Shown here: one piece after another, positions 34,490-44,312 of the stretch
How positions within the stretch are numbered: position 1 is the stretch's first letter
Layout of the letters: every line of letters starts with the position of its first letter
The notes under the pieces: generated by a model
What the model saw: the letters and a program-made list of their open reading frames with translations, nothing else
What the model was told of the DNA's origin: nothing
Database searches by the model: none
Position numbers and translations under genes: made by a program
Source of the DNA: Pelagomonas calceolata
Taxonomy: Eukaryota
Direction: 5' to 3'
DNA length: 64,000 nucleotides
Assembly: GCA_918797485.1 (NCBI GenBank)
Contig: CAKKNE010000003.1
Coordinates: 1,054,001-1,118,000 of the forward strand

Positions 34490-34688
34490 TCTGGCGTCGG
34501 CGTGCGTGTTGCGCGGCCTGTTCGCGTGCTGGCGCCTTTTTTCGCCAGGCTAACCTTGACTTCGCAGGGCGCAGCAGCGGTCTCGCTGCGCTGCGCGCGC
34601 TGTCTCTGCAGCAATGCTGCGCTCTATTACCCTTATGCGTACGCGCTTCGGGCGATATGCGCGGCAAATCGATGACGACTGATGATTC

Positions 34689-34712
34689 CTAGTGGTGTTA
34701 CAGTCACGCTAG
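34689..34712. promoter_or_regulatory. CTAG-flanked upstream motif (variant)
   Basis: CTAGTGGTGTTACAGTCACGCTAG. Confidence 0.55.
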
Positions 34713-34913
34713 CTGCTTACTTTGTCGGCGCGCGTTTGCCCCATCCGACAGCGTACGCCAGCAAAAAATTGGCGCAGCACAACCACTGCTTTGCCTAACA
34801 ACACGCTGTCGCAGCGCGACCATCGCTAGGCACGCATAGCGAGCACACTGCAGCTGCAGCAAAAAAGCCGGCGATATACGACCATCAGTGACACCGGCTC
34901 GCAAAAGCAAATT

Positions 34914-35789
34914 ATGTCCAGCGGCCGCGAAGATTCATTAGCCTGGCAGCTCGGCTTAGCCGGAGCCGCGTGCACCGTCGCGCAGGGCGCCGTGCACTGG
35001 GTCGAGACCACCATGGTGCGCCAGCAGCTCGCTTCTGTCCAGCAGAACATGGTCGCGACGATTTCTAATATTGTGAAGACGGAGGGCGCGCCGGCATTGT
35101 ACCGAGGCTTCTCCGCCGCCGCGATGCGGGAGCTGTCGTATTCTTCATTGCGCTTTGGCTTGTACGAGCCGATAAAAAAAGTACTGGGCGCCAAAGATCC
35201 CGCCACGACGCCCTTCTACAAGAAAGTGTTGGCCGGGTTGTTGGCTGGTGCGTTCGCTTCTGCCGTCGCGTCTCCGACGGATTTGTTGAAAATCCGAGCG
35301 CAAGCCGCAACAGGACCAAGGGAATCAATCGCTAATCATGCGAAACATATCGCGAACGGCCCCTCGAAGCCCTGGCCCCTCAACTTTTATAGAGGCGTCT
35401 CGGCGACCATTGTCCGGGCGTCGTGTCTCGGCGCGACGAAGATGGCTACTTATGATCAAACAAAAACGTGGCTCCGCGTCAAGTGCGGCTGGCGCGACAG
35501 CGTGCCCATGGAGCGGTACAAGCTCCAGGGGAGTGCTGCGGTCGCGACGGGTCTGGCTATAACGATCGCGACGTCGCCAGCGACAAATGCGAGAACTTTC
35601 ATCATGGCGCACCCCCCGGGCCAGTACGGCCACGTTGGCAAAGCGTTGATAGCTATCGTGCAACAACGCGGTTTTCTGGGACTGTTCCGCGGCTTCGGCG
35701 CGCAGTGGGCGCGGTTCGGGCCCTACGCGCTCGTCCAGTACTTCTGCTGGGAGCGGCTGCGGGACGCCGCGGGCATGCGACCTTTGTAG
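34914..35789 (+). CDS. Mitochondrial carrier (UCP / 2-oxoglutarate carrier-like)
   Basis: SYSSLRFGLYEPIK, PTDLLKIR, LFRGF; three-repeat organisation. Confidence 0.9.
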   Translation: MSSGREDSLAWQLGLAGAACTVAQGAVHWVETTMVRQQLASVQQNMVATISNIVKTEGAPALYRGFSAAAMRELSYSSLRFGLYEPIKKVLGAKDPATTPFYKKVLAGLLAGAFASAVASPTDLLKIRAQAATGPRESIANHAKHIANGPSKPWPLNFYRGVSATIVRASCLGATKMATYDQTKTWLRVKCGWRDSVPMERYKLQGSAAVATGLAITIATSPATNARTFIMAHPPGQYGHVGKALIAIVQQRGFLGLFRGFGAQWARFGPYALVQYFCWERLRDAAGMRPL

Positions 35790-36237
35790 TAGTAACCTTA
35801 TTTTTAGTGTGCTCTCGCAGCGATTGCGTTTAGGACTCGTGGGCGTAGGGGTGAGCCGCGTCTTTCATGACAGCATGCTTCCGTGAGTAGAGACCGGCTC
35901 GGCATAATCCCTCCTTACTTATTCCGGCGGGCGAAAAGATCGGTCGCGTGCACTACGCCCCTGTTCCTCATAGCTCTACCTAAAAATGCTAGTATGTCTA
36001 TAAGCTAATAATTACTCCAGGGTGCAGAGCCGGGCCAGCTGCGGGCCAGGGCAGGGAGCGGACGCCCAGCCAGAATTGGGAGCACCTCGGCTGGCTCTGA
36101 CCTGAGCGCCAGCGCAGCGCCATAAATTGCCCAGGCCGCGGCCGAGCAAAAGCTTCTTGCAGCAAGGCAGGGGCAAGACCGCAAAATGAGGCCCCGCTAG
36201 ACCGCAACCAGCACGCCATCGCCGCGACAAGTAAAGA

Positions 36238-37596
36238 ATGGCCGACGAAACACAATGGACGGAACGCCACCGCGGCCTCGACCCGTCCAGTACGAGCTTC
36301 GTGCCTTCCCAACGTGCGCACCACGCGGAGTGGCTGTCTAGCGAGGGCCGGAACCCGGACTCGGCGAGCTTCGTGCCGCGCCGACGGCACGTGCCTACTA
36401 CGCAGCCACCAGCGAGATCTAGAGCATCGCGACCTCGAAGAGGGAGCGCGGGGGCGGCGTTCCGAGCGGCCGAGCGAGCTGTCAGTACGCCTCGCGTCGT
36501 GCGCACTCGATCTGATCTACTAGCTGCGTTGGCGGCGAACGGCGCCGACGCGTTTCGGGTGAAAGTGCATGTGGGAGGATGTGCTTGCGAACGGGCCGCG
36601 GCCTTTCGGGAGACTTGTGGGGATGGGATGCTGGCGATACCTGATAGTCGAGGCGCTAGAGCAGCTCTACGAGTAGCGGAAGCGGAAGGCGACACGCGGC
36701 ACTCCCTCGAGGCAAGACTCAAAAATTTACTCTTTCCCGACGTGCCGGTAGATGGAGTTATCTTACGAGTGTCCTGTGCGGCCTGCTTACTAGAATCGAT
36801 GCCGAACGGCGCCGTGGCCTTCATCGCCGATTCCGAAGAGGAGGCGTTATGTGAGATGGAGCCAAGAAAAGCGCGATCCGGAGAGATGCCGTCATTCGTC
36901 GTGGCGGCGCCCATCTCACTACTCAGAAGAGCTTTCAGCCCTCTACAAGGAGCTGCACGATATAATAAAGCAGAGGAGCAGCGCGGCGCCAAGCAGGCGC
37001 GGGCGTCGCTATGCGCCTTCCTCGGGGATCAGGAGCGCGCCATGCTCACCGTGACCGCCGACGAATTGAAGGCAGACCACCACTTGAACGCTTTTTTAGA
37101 TAACAACCAAGCTCGCATGGATCAAAGACAACAACATGTCCCTGGCTCTCGTTTCTTGGTGTTGTTGGCTTCCAAGGTTCAAAAGCGGTGGCGTCTGGAA
37201 CTGCCCGGCGGCAAGCGTCGGTTAGGAGAGTCGTCGTGGGATGCGGCCAGGAGAGAGTTGCGCGACGAGGCCGGCTGCCGGTTGGCTACCGCTACCTTAT
37301 CGGAGGTCATCGACTTCGCGACGATGCGCTGCTTTATTGTTGATTCAGGTGATGCAAAACGCGCGTCGGAAGCGGCGGCCGTCGCGGCTGCAGTGCCGCC
37401 ACCTCCACCATTAATGCCCGACGAGATTTTAGATCTGGAGGCTATACTCGTGAAGCGCGGCGCGGCGCTGGAAACAGCGCGCGCCGACATGGCTTCAATG
37501 AACCCGGACCGCGCGCGTCGCCTGCTCCGCGACGACCGGTACGGGCCGCCGACCGCAGACATGTCGCAGCTCGAATTGCCTGTAGAAGGCACCTGA
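36238..37596 (+). CDS. Nudix-domain protein
   Basis: Nudix box LPGGKRRLGESSWDAARRELRDEAG. Confidence 0.75.
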   Translation: MADETQWTERHRGLDPSSTSFVPSQRAHHAEWLSSEGRNPDSASFVPRRRHVPTTQPPARSRASRPRRGSAGAAFRAAERAVSTPRVVRTRSDLLAALAANGADAFRVKVHVGGCACERAAAFRETCGDGMLAIPDSRGARAALRVAEAEGDTRHSLEARLKNLLFPDVPVDGVILRVSCAACLLESMPNGAVAFIADSEEEALCEMEPRKARSGEMPSFVVAAPISLLRRAFSPLQGAARYNKAEEQRGAKQARASLCAFLGDQERAMLTVTADELKADHHLNAFLDNNQARMDQRQQHVPGSRFLVLLASKVQKRWRLELPGGKRRLGESSWDAARRELRDEAGCRLATATLSEVIDFATMRCFIVDSGDAKRASEAAAVAAAVPPPPPLMPDEILDLEAILVKRGAALETARADMASMNPDRARRLLRDDRYGPPTADMSQLELPVEGT

Positions 37597-37678
37597 ACAT
37601 GCGCTTGGACAAGCCGCTGTATTCCTTCGTTCGCTTTATAATCCACTAACTTAGTAACCACGGAGAGCGGGTCGTTAT

Positions 37679-38572
37679 CTAGAGCTTGGCGACGAAGTCG
37701 TCGGCCGTCATGGGGTCAGAAAACATCCCGAAGGTGCCACCCGTCGCCCCCGCCTGGCCCTCGGCGCTCGTCGTCGCGCAACAATCCGTGAGCGTAACGG
37801 TGTTGAAGCCCTTCTCGTAGGCCGTTCTCATCGAAGACTCGACGCAGCAGTTCGTCAGGAAACCGCATAACGCAAGCGTCTCGATGCCGTTCTCCTTGAG
37901 GAGCGCCTCCAGATTGGTGCCCGGGAACGCGTCGAGGCCCTTCTTGCCCTCCACGACGAGGTCACCGGCCTGGGGGATCATCGACTCCTCGAAATCGGCG
38001 TTCCAGGTGCCTTCCGTGAACAGACGGTCCGCCGCGCAGCCGGCGAGGATGCCGAGGCCTTTGTTCGGATTATCCGAAGCGTCCTCCTTGAAGGTGATGG
38101 GAGCATGAATAATGGTCACGCCCTTGTTCCGGGCCTCGTCGGCGAGCTTGGCCGAGCGCTCGAGCATACCCGTGGCCGCCATCGATTCCTTCACGGCGTC
38201 GTGGAGCTTGCCGCCCTCGGTCGTAAATTCGTTCTGGTACTCGACGAGGAGCAGCGCCGTCTTGGCAGCGTCGATGGCCGCGCCGCCCTTCGCCTCGGCG
38301 GCCGAGAAAACGCGGTCGGCCCGGAGCGCCGCGCCGCGGGCGCCTGCGTGAGTCCAACGATACGATGCGCCCGCGCCGGGCTCGCGCGCGTCGCTGTAGG
38401 ATCGGCTTGGCGGCCGATGACGGAAATTATGACTTTTCACGCCGGTTTTGCGCCGCCAGGCGCCGACGGCGTGAACGCGTTGACAGACAGTGCAAGAGCG
38501 ACGATGAGTTTCATGGTTTAGAGCCTGAGTCGGTGAAAAATGCGCTCGCAAATCGGGGAAAAACCCGCCCAT
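37679..38572 (-). CDS. Isochorismatase/cysteine hydrolase family protein (true start probably downstream of 38572)
   Basis: KTALLLVEYQNEF, GKKGLDAF, GFLTNCCVESSMRTAYEKG. Confidence 0.88.
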   Translation of the reverse strand: MGGFFPDLRAHFSPTQALNHETHRRSCTVCQRVHAVGAWRRKTGVKSHNFRHRPPSRSYSDAREPGAGASYRWTHAGARGAALRADRVFSAAEAKGGAAIDAAKTALLLVEYQNEFTTEGGKLHDAVKESMAATGMLERSAKLADEARNKGVTIIHAPITFKEDASDNPNKGLGILAGCAADRLFTEGTWNADFEESMIPQAGDLVVEGKKGLDAFPGTNLEALLKENGIETLALCGFLTNCCVESSMRTAYEKGFNTVTLTDCCATTSAEGQAGATGGTFGMFSDPMTADDFVAKL

Positions 38573-38664
38573 TCCTACTCATAGCTCCAGGGCTCCCGCG
38601 CTTAGGAAATCACGCGTGGGCGGCCTGTAAGACTAACACACACACGATCAACAACAAATAGAGC

Positions 38665-40821
38665 TTACACAATTCGGGAAGGCGCCTCGTCCTCGCTCGC
38701 CGAGTCGTCCGACGAAGAAGTGTGCACCGTCTCCCAGTCGTCCTCCCCCGCTTTCCCACCGGTCCATCTATTTGAGGGATTCTTCTGTGCATATAAATCA
38801 CCATCAACGTAAGCGGAAGGAAACCAACCCTCCTCGTCCCAGCAGTTATCACGACGCGCGTTCCAGGCCGTCCGGCGCCCGTACCACCACCCATCCTTCC
38901 CCTTCTTGAGTACTTGCACGTTCTCACGATAAGTCAAACCTATCTCGTCGGAAGATTGAGGAGCGTAGTTGAACTGCACGATAGCCGTCTCCAGTACAAT
39001 TTCTTGCCCCGGCGGAGTGACCGGCGGCGGTGGCGGTATCTCTTCGAACCCGTACAACAAAGCATGATCGACATGGCCTTGTAAGGTACAAGCAACCAAC
39101 TCACAAGCACAGAACGGCACGGCGCCGTCGCCGCGGTCCAATTTTATTGTGAGTGACCCATGAGCCGTTAGTTGTTTCGAGGTCGCCGGTTGGAGGTGCT
39201 CCGTCAGTTCCTCTGAGCCATGTAACAAATCCTTCGCGGAGAACTTCGCCGCCCCGCACGCGAAATGTTTGTTTTTCGCGCGGTTGAAGTCGTAGATCGC
39301 ACAGACCAATTCATAGCCCTCGTCGTAGACTGGAATTTTCACAGTAAACCGGAAATCTTCGTCTTTCTGGGAAAACTCACAATCCGCACCTCTCACATTC
39401 TTCGTCCGCACGATTTCCACGGGCTTGGCGTCCGACCTGCAAGATTTCGCGACCACATAGGGCTCTAGCAATTTCGCGGGGTCGATCTGCTTCAGGTCGC
39501 GGCAACATACCAAATAGACCGTCACGTCTAGCGTCAAATCTCTTCTAGAAGACACAACAGGTTCCGTAAACGCGGTATCCGCCTTGAGGAACGCGTGGGG
39601 CCGTAAATTCGCGTCGCGGACGGGCCCGGAGGCCTGGAACGTGTACAGCAAATCCATGACCAAAGGCTCCCGGATGCCACCCGGTTCTAGGCGCGGCGTC
39701 CAGAGCTCCACTAATTTTTTCGAGGCCGTTAACACCACGCGTCTCTCATCAAATAAAGTACATTGGCGGATGACCTCCACTCTCGATGTCAGAGCGAAGT
39801 GCCTCAATAACCGAGGGTGGAAGGCGTCCGTCTGGTCCGACAGAGCCCAGGCCTCCTTGTCATCACAATGATCAGGTACGCTGTAGGCTTTTGCACCATC
39901 AGAACCTCCCGTTAATAAAACGGGCCGGAAGCCGTTTCTCAACGTCGGCGCGTAGACGCAGCACGACGCGCCCGGCAGGTCGTATATTATTTCTTCTGAC
40001 AGAGCCGAGAAGACCCTTACTTTTTTATCCAACGAGCAGGTCACCACAAAGTCCCTCCCTTGACAACCACCAACGCACACCCCACAAACACCACCACGAT
40101 GGCCTTCATACGAACGCAAACACAGGTTGTCCTCGCCGAGACCCCAGAGCTTGGCCGTTCCGTCGGCTCCCCCAGTCAGTAACACGTCCGGCCCGCCCGC
40201 CTCGCCCACCAATTCTTCTGAAGAAATAACTGAGACCTCGAGGCAGTTCACACACCCGGCGTGGTACGTCATGTTCGCCACCTCCTCGCCATCAAACACA
40301 TCATACACTTCGCACGTCGAGTCGTTGCTACAGCTCACTACCACTAAGTCTTCCGATCGATGAAAGGCTATACCCGTGATGGTCTTGCGGTGGATGCCCT
40401 TGAAGAGCCTTGTACGAGCGGTAGCTGCGGTCTTCGGTCTCCTTTTATTCCGCATGCGCGAGGCGGGTCGCGGCGCCCCGTCCACGACCATGATTTGGCC
40501 ATCACTGGAACCGGTTGCTACTAATCGTTTGCCCTCGTGGTCGATGATCGAGACGCAGCAGACGCCCGGTCTCGAAGCGGCGGCGCTCACGGCGGGGTTG
40601 CGCAGCACCTGGACATTGGCTGCCATTGCTTCACTTGTGGCTGCCCCGAGGGCCTCAGTCGCGGCGACAGGCGTCCTGGCTGCCTCGTCCGGCGTCGTTT
40701 CCCACGTCTGTCCCGCGCAAGCTCGCGCTTTACGCCTGCCGCCGGGAGAGCGCTGTTGGCGGTTATCATCGTGAGGCGGCCCCAGCATGCGTGCTCCCAG
40801 GGCGTCCCAGGGGTCGCTCAT
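38665..40821 (-). CDS. WD40 + C2 + SH3 domain protein
   Basis: TGSSDG, SCSNDST, TGGADGTAKLW; CRDL..EPYVV..IYDF; FNYAPQSSDEIGL..GWWYG..EGWFPSAYV. Confidence 0.82.
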   Translation of the reverse strand: MSDPWDALGARMLGPPHDDNRQQRSPGGRRKARACAGQTWETTPDEAARTPVAATEALGAATSEAMAANVQVLRNPAVSAAASRPGVCCVSIIDHEGKRLVATGSSDGQIMVVDGAPRPASRMRNKRRPKTAATARTRLFKGIHRKTITGIAFHRSEDLVVVSCSNDSTCEVYDVFDGEEVANMTYHAGCVNCLEVSVISSEELVGEAGGPDVLLTGGADGTAKLWGLGEDNLCLRSYEGHRGGVCGVCVGGCQGRDFVVTCSLDKKVRVFSALSEEIIYDLPGASCCVYAPTLRNGFRPVLLTGGSDGAKAYSVPDHCDDKEAWALSDQTDAFHPRLLRHFALTSRVEVIRQCTLFDERRVVLTASKKLVELWTPRLEPGGIREPLVMDLLYTFQASGPVRDANLRPHAFLKADTAFTEPVVSSRRDLTLDVTVYLVCCRDLKQIDPAKLLEPYVVAKSCRSDAKPVEIVRTKNVRGADCEFSQKDEDFRFTVKIPVYDEGYELVCAIYDFNRAKNKHFACGAAKFSAKDLLHGSEELTEHLQPATSKQLTAHGSLTIKLDRGDGAVPFCACELVACTLQGHVDHALLYGFEEIPPPPPVTPPGQEIVLETAIVQFNYAPQSSDEIGLTYRENVQVLKKGKDGWWYGRRTAWNARRDNCWDEEGWFPSAYVDGDLYAQKNPSNRWTGGKAGEDDWETVHTSSSDDSASEDEAPSRIV

Positions 40822-40954
40822 GAAGACGAGACGCCTCCGGACAATGAATGGAGGCACGAATCCTAGTACGTTACCTCTTGGCAGTTCGCAGTCCGCACAT
40901 GAAAAGGGCTGCCACAAAGGGCTGCCCTGCGAGCACTTGTGTTGCAAAAAGACC

Positions 40955-42241
40955 ATGGAGCTCGGCGCCGACGGCCTGCCCGTGCTCCCGGCGAAGGACC
41001 AGGCCGAGATCAACGCCATGAGGCGCCAGGCGCAGGAGGCTGAAATGGCAGCTCTAAAGCTATTGGGCGAGGACACGAGCGGTGCCGTCCAAGCCAAACC
41101 CCTGTCCATGTTCAACCGCGTGTCGTCGGCGGCGCGGGCCGCCCAGCGCCAGACCGCGCAGTACTTGCGGCTGCGCGCGTCGCGCGACTCGAAGGTCTCG
41201 TCGGCGCCTTCCACGCCGGGCTCGCTCACGCCGGCTCCATTGATGAAGGCGCCGGAGCCGGAGCCCATGCCCGCCAAAGCCACGGAGCCAGTCGTTGAGA
41301 AGGTGCCGCCGGCGAAGAAGCCGAGCAAGCACGTCCAACGGAGCAAGAAAGCCCCACCGGCGAAGAAAGCGGCCCGGTCGGGTCTCCTCGAGGCCGTCGA
41401 GGCCGATGTCAGGGCAGCGCGCAACACGCCGGCGCCGAAGCCCGCGCCGTCGGCGGAGCCGCCGAAGCCGGCCGCCCGCGCCGCGCGGGAGCCGGCGAAG
41501 GCGCCGGAGCCGCCGAAGTACGGCTACGAAAGTCTCCTGAGCGACGTCTCGCGCGCCTACTGCGGCTACGACGAGGCCTACTTCCACGACCGGCCGCGCG
41601 AGCTCGCGTCGCAGGAGAAGGCGGGACAGGCGGCGCGCGCCGCCGCCGACGCGCGCGAGGTCGTCGCGAGCCGCGAGGCCGCGCTGCGCTCGTCCAAGGA
41701 CGCCGCGCGCGCGGCGGACGCGGCGCTGCGGCAGCTGCGGAAGCCCGCCAAAACTACAAAGGAGACGAAGAAGGATTTGTGGTTGGCGGCGCCGGCGTCT
41801 CCCACCCCAGCCGAGATCGACAAGAGGATCGACGAGCTGCGCCAGCGCGCCGAGGGCGACCTCGCGCCGGACCCGGTCTTGCGACGGGCGCGCGCGGCGC
41901 TCCACGGGGCCGTTCCGGGCGACCTTGCGGGCGTCCGGGTTGTGGATGACGCGCCAGTCGTTGTTCAGGATCCGCTCAACGACCCCGTGCTGCGGCGCGC
42001 GAGGGCAATGCTCTCTCAACAACCGGCGGCCGCGCCGCCGCCTTCACAAAATCTCCCGGCCGAGCTCCTCGACGACCCGGTGCTGCAGAGGGCGCGGGCC
42101 ATGCTCGCCGCCGCCGCGGCGCCGCCGCCGGCGCCCGTCCCAGCCGAGTCGTCGTCGTCGGGCGAGGACCTCATGGCCCGGATCGCGCGCCTCGCCCAAA
42201 CAGAAGTCGAGCCGCCGCTGACCTTTGAGCCCCTAAAGTGA
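40955..42241 (+). CDS. Hypothetical Pro/Ala-rich coiled-coil protein
   Basis: ORF from MELGADG; three DPVL(R/Q)RARA repeats. Confidence 0.65.
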   Translation: MELGADGLPVLPAKDQAEINAMRRQAQEAEMAALKLLGEDTSGAVQAKPLSMFNRVSSAARAAQRQTAQYLRLRASRDSKVSSAPSTPGSLTPAPLMKAPEPEPMPAKATEPVVEKVPPAKKPSKHVQRSKKAPPAKKAARSGLLEAVEADVRAARNTPAPKPAPSAEPPKPAARAAREPAKAPEPPKYGYESLLSDVSRAYCGYDEAYFHDRPRELASQEKAGQAARAAADAREVVASREAALRSSKDAARAADAALRQLRKPAKTTKETKKDLWLAAPASPTPAEIDKRIDELRQRAEGDLAPDPVLRRARAALHGAVPGDLAGVRVVDDAPVVVQDPLNDPVLRRARAMLSQQPAAAPPPSQNLPAELLDDPVLQRARAMLAAAAAPPPAPVPAESSSSGEDLMARIARLAQTEVEPPLTFEPLK

Positions 42242-42261
42242 ACAGACAAATTTACTCAGGC

Positions 42262-44025
42262 TCACCCCTCGAGCTTCAGCCGCGCGAAGATGGGCTCCAT
42301 GACGTGCGCGTAGGACAGGTGGCCGTTCACCAGGTCCGACAGGTCCACGTTCTCGATCATAGGAGCGTCCTGGCCCGCGTGCTCCGGGACGACCGGCGTA
42401 GTTCCGGCCACGCCGGCGATGGACCAGGCCTTCGCGCGGTAGACGAGGCGCAGCATCCAGTCCCGCGTCGAGTAGCCGTTGATGAGTCGTCCGGAAACGA
42501 CTCCCCGAGCCGCCCGCCAGCGTTCTGAGGTCGCGGACACCGGCGCCCCCAGCAACACGGCGCACTCGACGCGCGACGCCGCCTTTTGCCGTCTTTGGGG
42601 AGACTGCCTTCGTGCATCTCCAGCGATGGCCGCTAAATATTCAAGCGCCTCCATCACAACACGGGCCCCAACACCGTAGCCCACGAGCATCGCCGGCGCC
42701 GTGCCCCTCGTTCCATCAAGTAAGGCCTCGGCGAGGCGCCTCCCCGCGCCCTTTGCGCGCTGGACGGCGACGGCCCAGGGGTCATCCACGCGGCGGACAT
42801 AAGACAAGGCCGAGAGCGGCAGTTGGGCCGTCGCAGCTAGACCACCCAAGGCGCTCCGCTTGATCGTCTCGTCTATGACTACTTTGCTGACTTTATCTCG
42901 AGCTGTAGCGTAGACGGTACAGTCGGCCATGGCCTTTTTCAGTCTTCTCAGGCACTTCTTCTCCCAGACGACGACCGCTCCATCAGAGCGGGGAAACATG
43001 TGGCGCACCCAGTCGCAGGATTCTAGTTCTAGCGCGTCCTCCCGCACGAGGTCGGCCCACGACGGGTCCTCCTCATTTGATTCCTCGACGACGGGCGCCC
43101 CTGCTGAGGAGGAGAAGGCGTCGTCATCATCTCTACCTTCCGCGAGCCAGCCCGGCACCAAGAACAATCGAGGCGCGCCGGCTCCCCTCGAGCGTTCGAC
43201 GGTCCGGAAGTCGTCGTCGGAGACGAAGCGCCTCCTCGCCTTCAGCCCGGCGACGCCGGCGCCCGCGCAGCCTAAGGAACCGGCCACGAGGCCCACGACG
43301 GCGACCGGTGCAGCCGCGGCGGTTAACGCTCCAGCGCCGGCGAGTAACGCGCCACCGCCCACCGCCGTGGCCGCGACCTTGGTGGCATCTTGCACCGATA
43401 CAGAAGATCGTCGTCTGGGCGGCTCGTCGAAGGACACGTGTCTCTGCTCCAGTCGCTCTGATTGCGAGACCATGGTCCAGGACGCGCGGCAGACTTGCGA
43501 AGCCTCTTTCAGGACGGCTCGGACTCGCGCGTCGTAGCTCGGCCTCGACGACTCCGCTCTCACTAAAGAACCTAGCAAATGTTGGGCGGCGTCGGGATCG
43601 ACGTCGTGCCGCCTCACACACGGCGTCTCATCCAGCAGGACGTAGTCGCCGTCCGCGCCGTCGCCTCGACTCCGGTCGCTGACGTTGAGCGTTTCGGCGC
43701 AGCGCGCCCGGAGGTCCGAGGCCCATCCATCATGGTCCGGCAGGTGCTCGGCGCGGCAGCGCCGCCCGTAGTTCGTGATGGCGCGTGCCACGGCCTCGAC
43801 CACGCTTTTGGCGCTCTCCTCGTCTTCGGAGGCGCCGAGGTCATCATCAATACCCCAGCCGTCCTCGCTCGGGTCCGTGTCGACGATGGGCACGTCTCTT
43901 AGGGACGCGATCGAGGCGCCGAGGTCGATGCGTTGGTCCTGGTCGGGGGTCACGGCGATCGGGTCGTCGATGGTGCCGCTGTCGGACGTAGCGTCGGCCT
44001 CGCAGATGTGGCAGCCTCGTACCAT
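42262..44025 (-). CDS. TMCO4/DUF726 family alpha/beta-hydrolase-fold protein
   Basis: VDDPW..RAKGAGRRLA, LVGYGVGARV, LLGAP, VVSGRLINGYS..DWML. Confidence 0.85.
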   Translation of the reverse strand: MVRGCHICEADATSDSGTIDDPIAVTPDQDQRIDLGASIASLRDVPIVDTDPSEDGWGIDDDLGASEDEESAKSVVEAVARAITNYGRRCRAEHLPDHDGWASDLRARCAETLNVSDRSRGDGADGDYVLLDETPCVRRHDVDPDAAQHLLGSLVRAESSRPSYDARVRAVLKEASQVCRASWTMVSQSERLEQRHVSFDEPPRRRSSVSVQDATKVAATAVGGGALLAGAGALTAAAAPVAVVGLVAGSLGCAGAGVAGLKARRRFVSDDDFRTVERSRGAGAPRLFLVPGWLAEGRDDDDAFSSSAGAPVVEESNEEDPSWADLVREDALELESCDWVRHMFPRSDGAVVVWEKKCLRRLKKAMADCTVYATARDKVSKVVIDETIKRSALGGLAATAQLPLSALSYVRRVDDPWAVAVQRAKGAGRRLAEALLDGTRGTAPAMLVGYGVGARVVMEALEYLAAIAGDARRQSPQRRQKAASRVECAVLLGAPVSATSERWRAARGVVSGRLINGYSTRDWMLRLVYRAKAWSIAGVAGTTPVVPEHAGQDAPMIENVDLSDLVNGHLSYAHVMEPIFARLKLEG

Positions 44026-44248
44026 CTTAGCGTGCACAGCCTCGTACGTTGAGTTTAAAGTGACTAGCACTGACCCGCTGAACGGGCCGTTTACGGCTTT
44101 TTGGGCCCGGTCTTTCGATGCAGGGCAAGCTGCGGATGGTTGAGCGCCAAGGAAGAAATCACGGATCTGTAGACCGCTGTATGTGCCGCAAATTGGCCAG
44201 ACGAACACGCGGCTTGGATATTTGCTAGCTTGGACATACTAGGGATGC

Positions 44249-44270
44249 CTAGTGTGTTACACACCGCTAG
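44249..44270. promoter_or_regulatory. CTAG-flanked upstream motif
   Basis: CTAGTGTGTTACACACCGCTAG. Confidence 0.65.
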
Positions 44271-44312
44271 CTGTCGCCGGCAGAACAGGCGTATGATTCT
44301 CACGAACTACTC

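Noticed and set aside
40787..41427. Long antisense overlap between the WD40 ORF and the 40787 ORF
   Set aside because: Artefact of ORF extension to non-preferred starts; likely ATGs at 40821 (-) and 40955 (+) do not overlap
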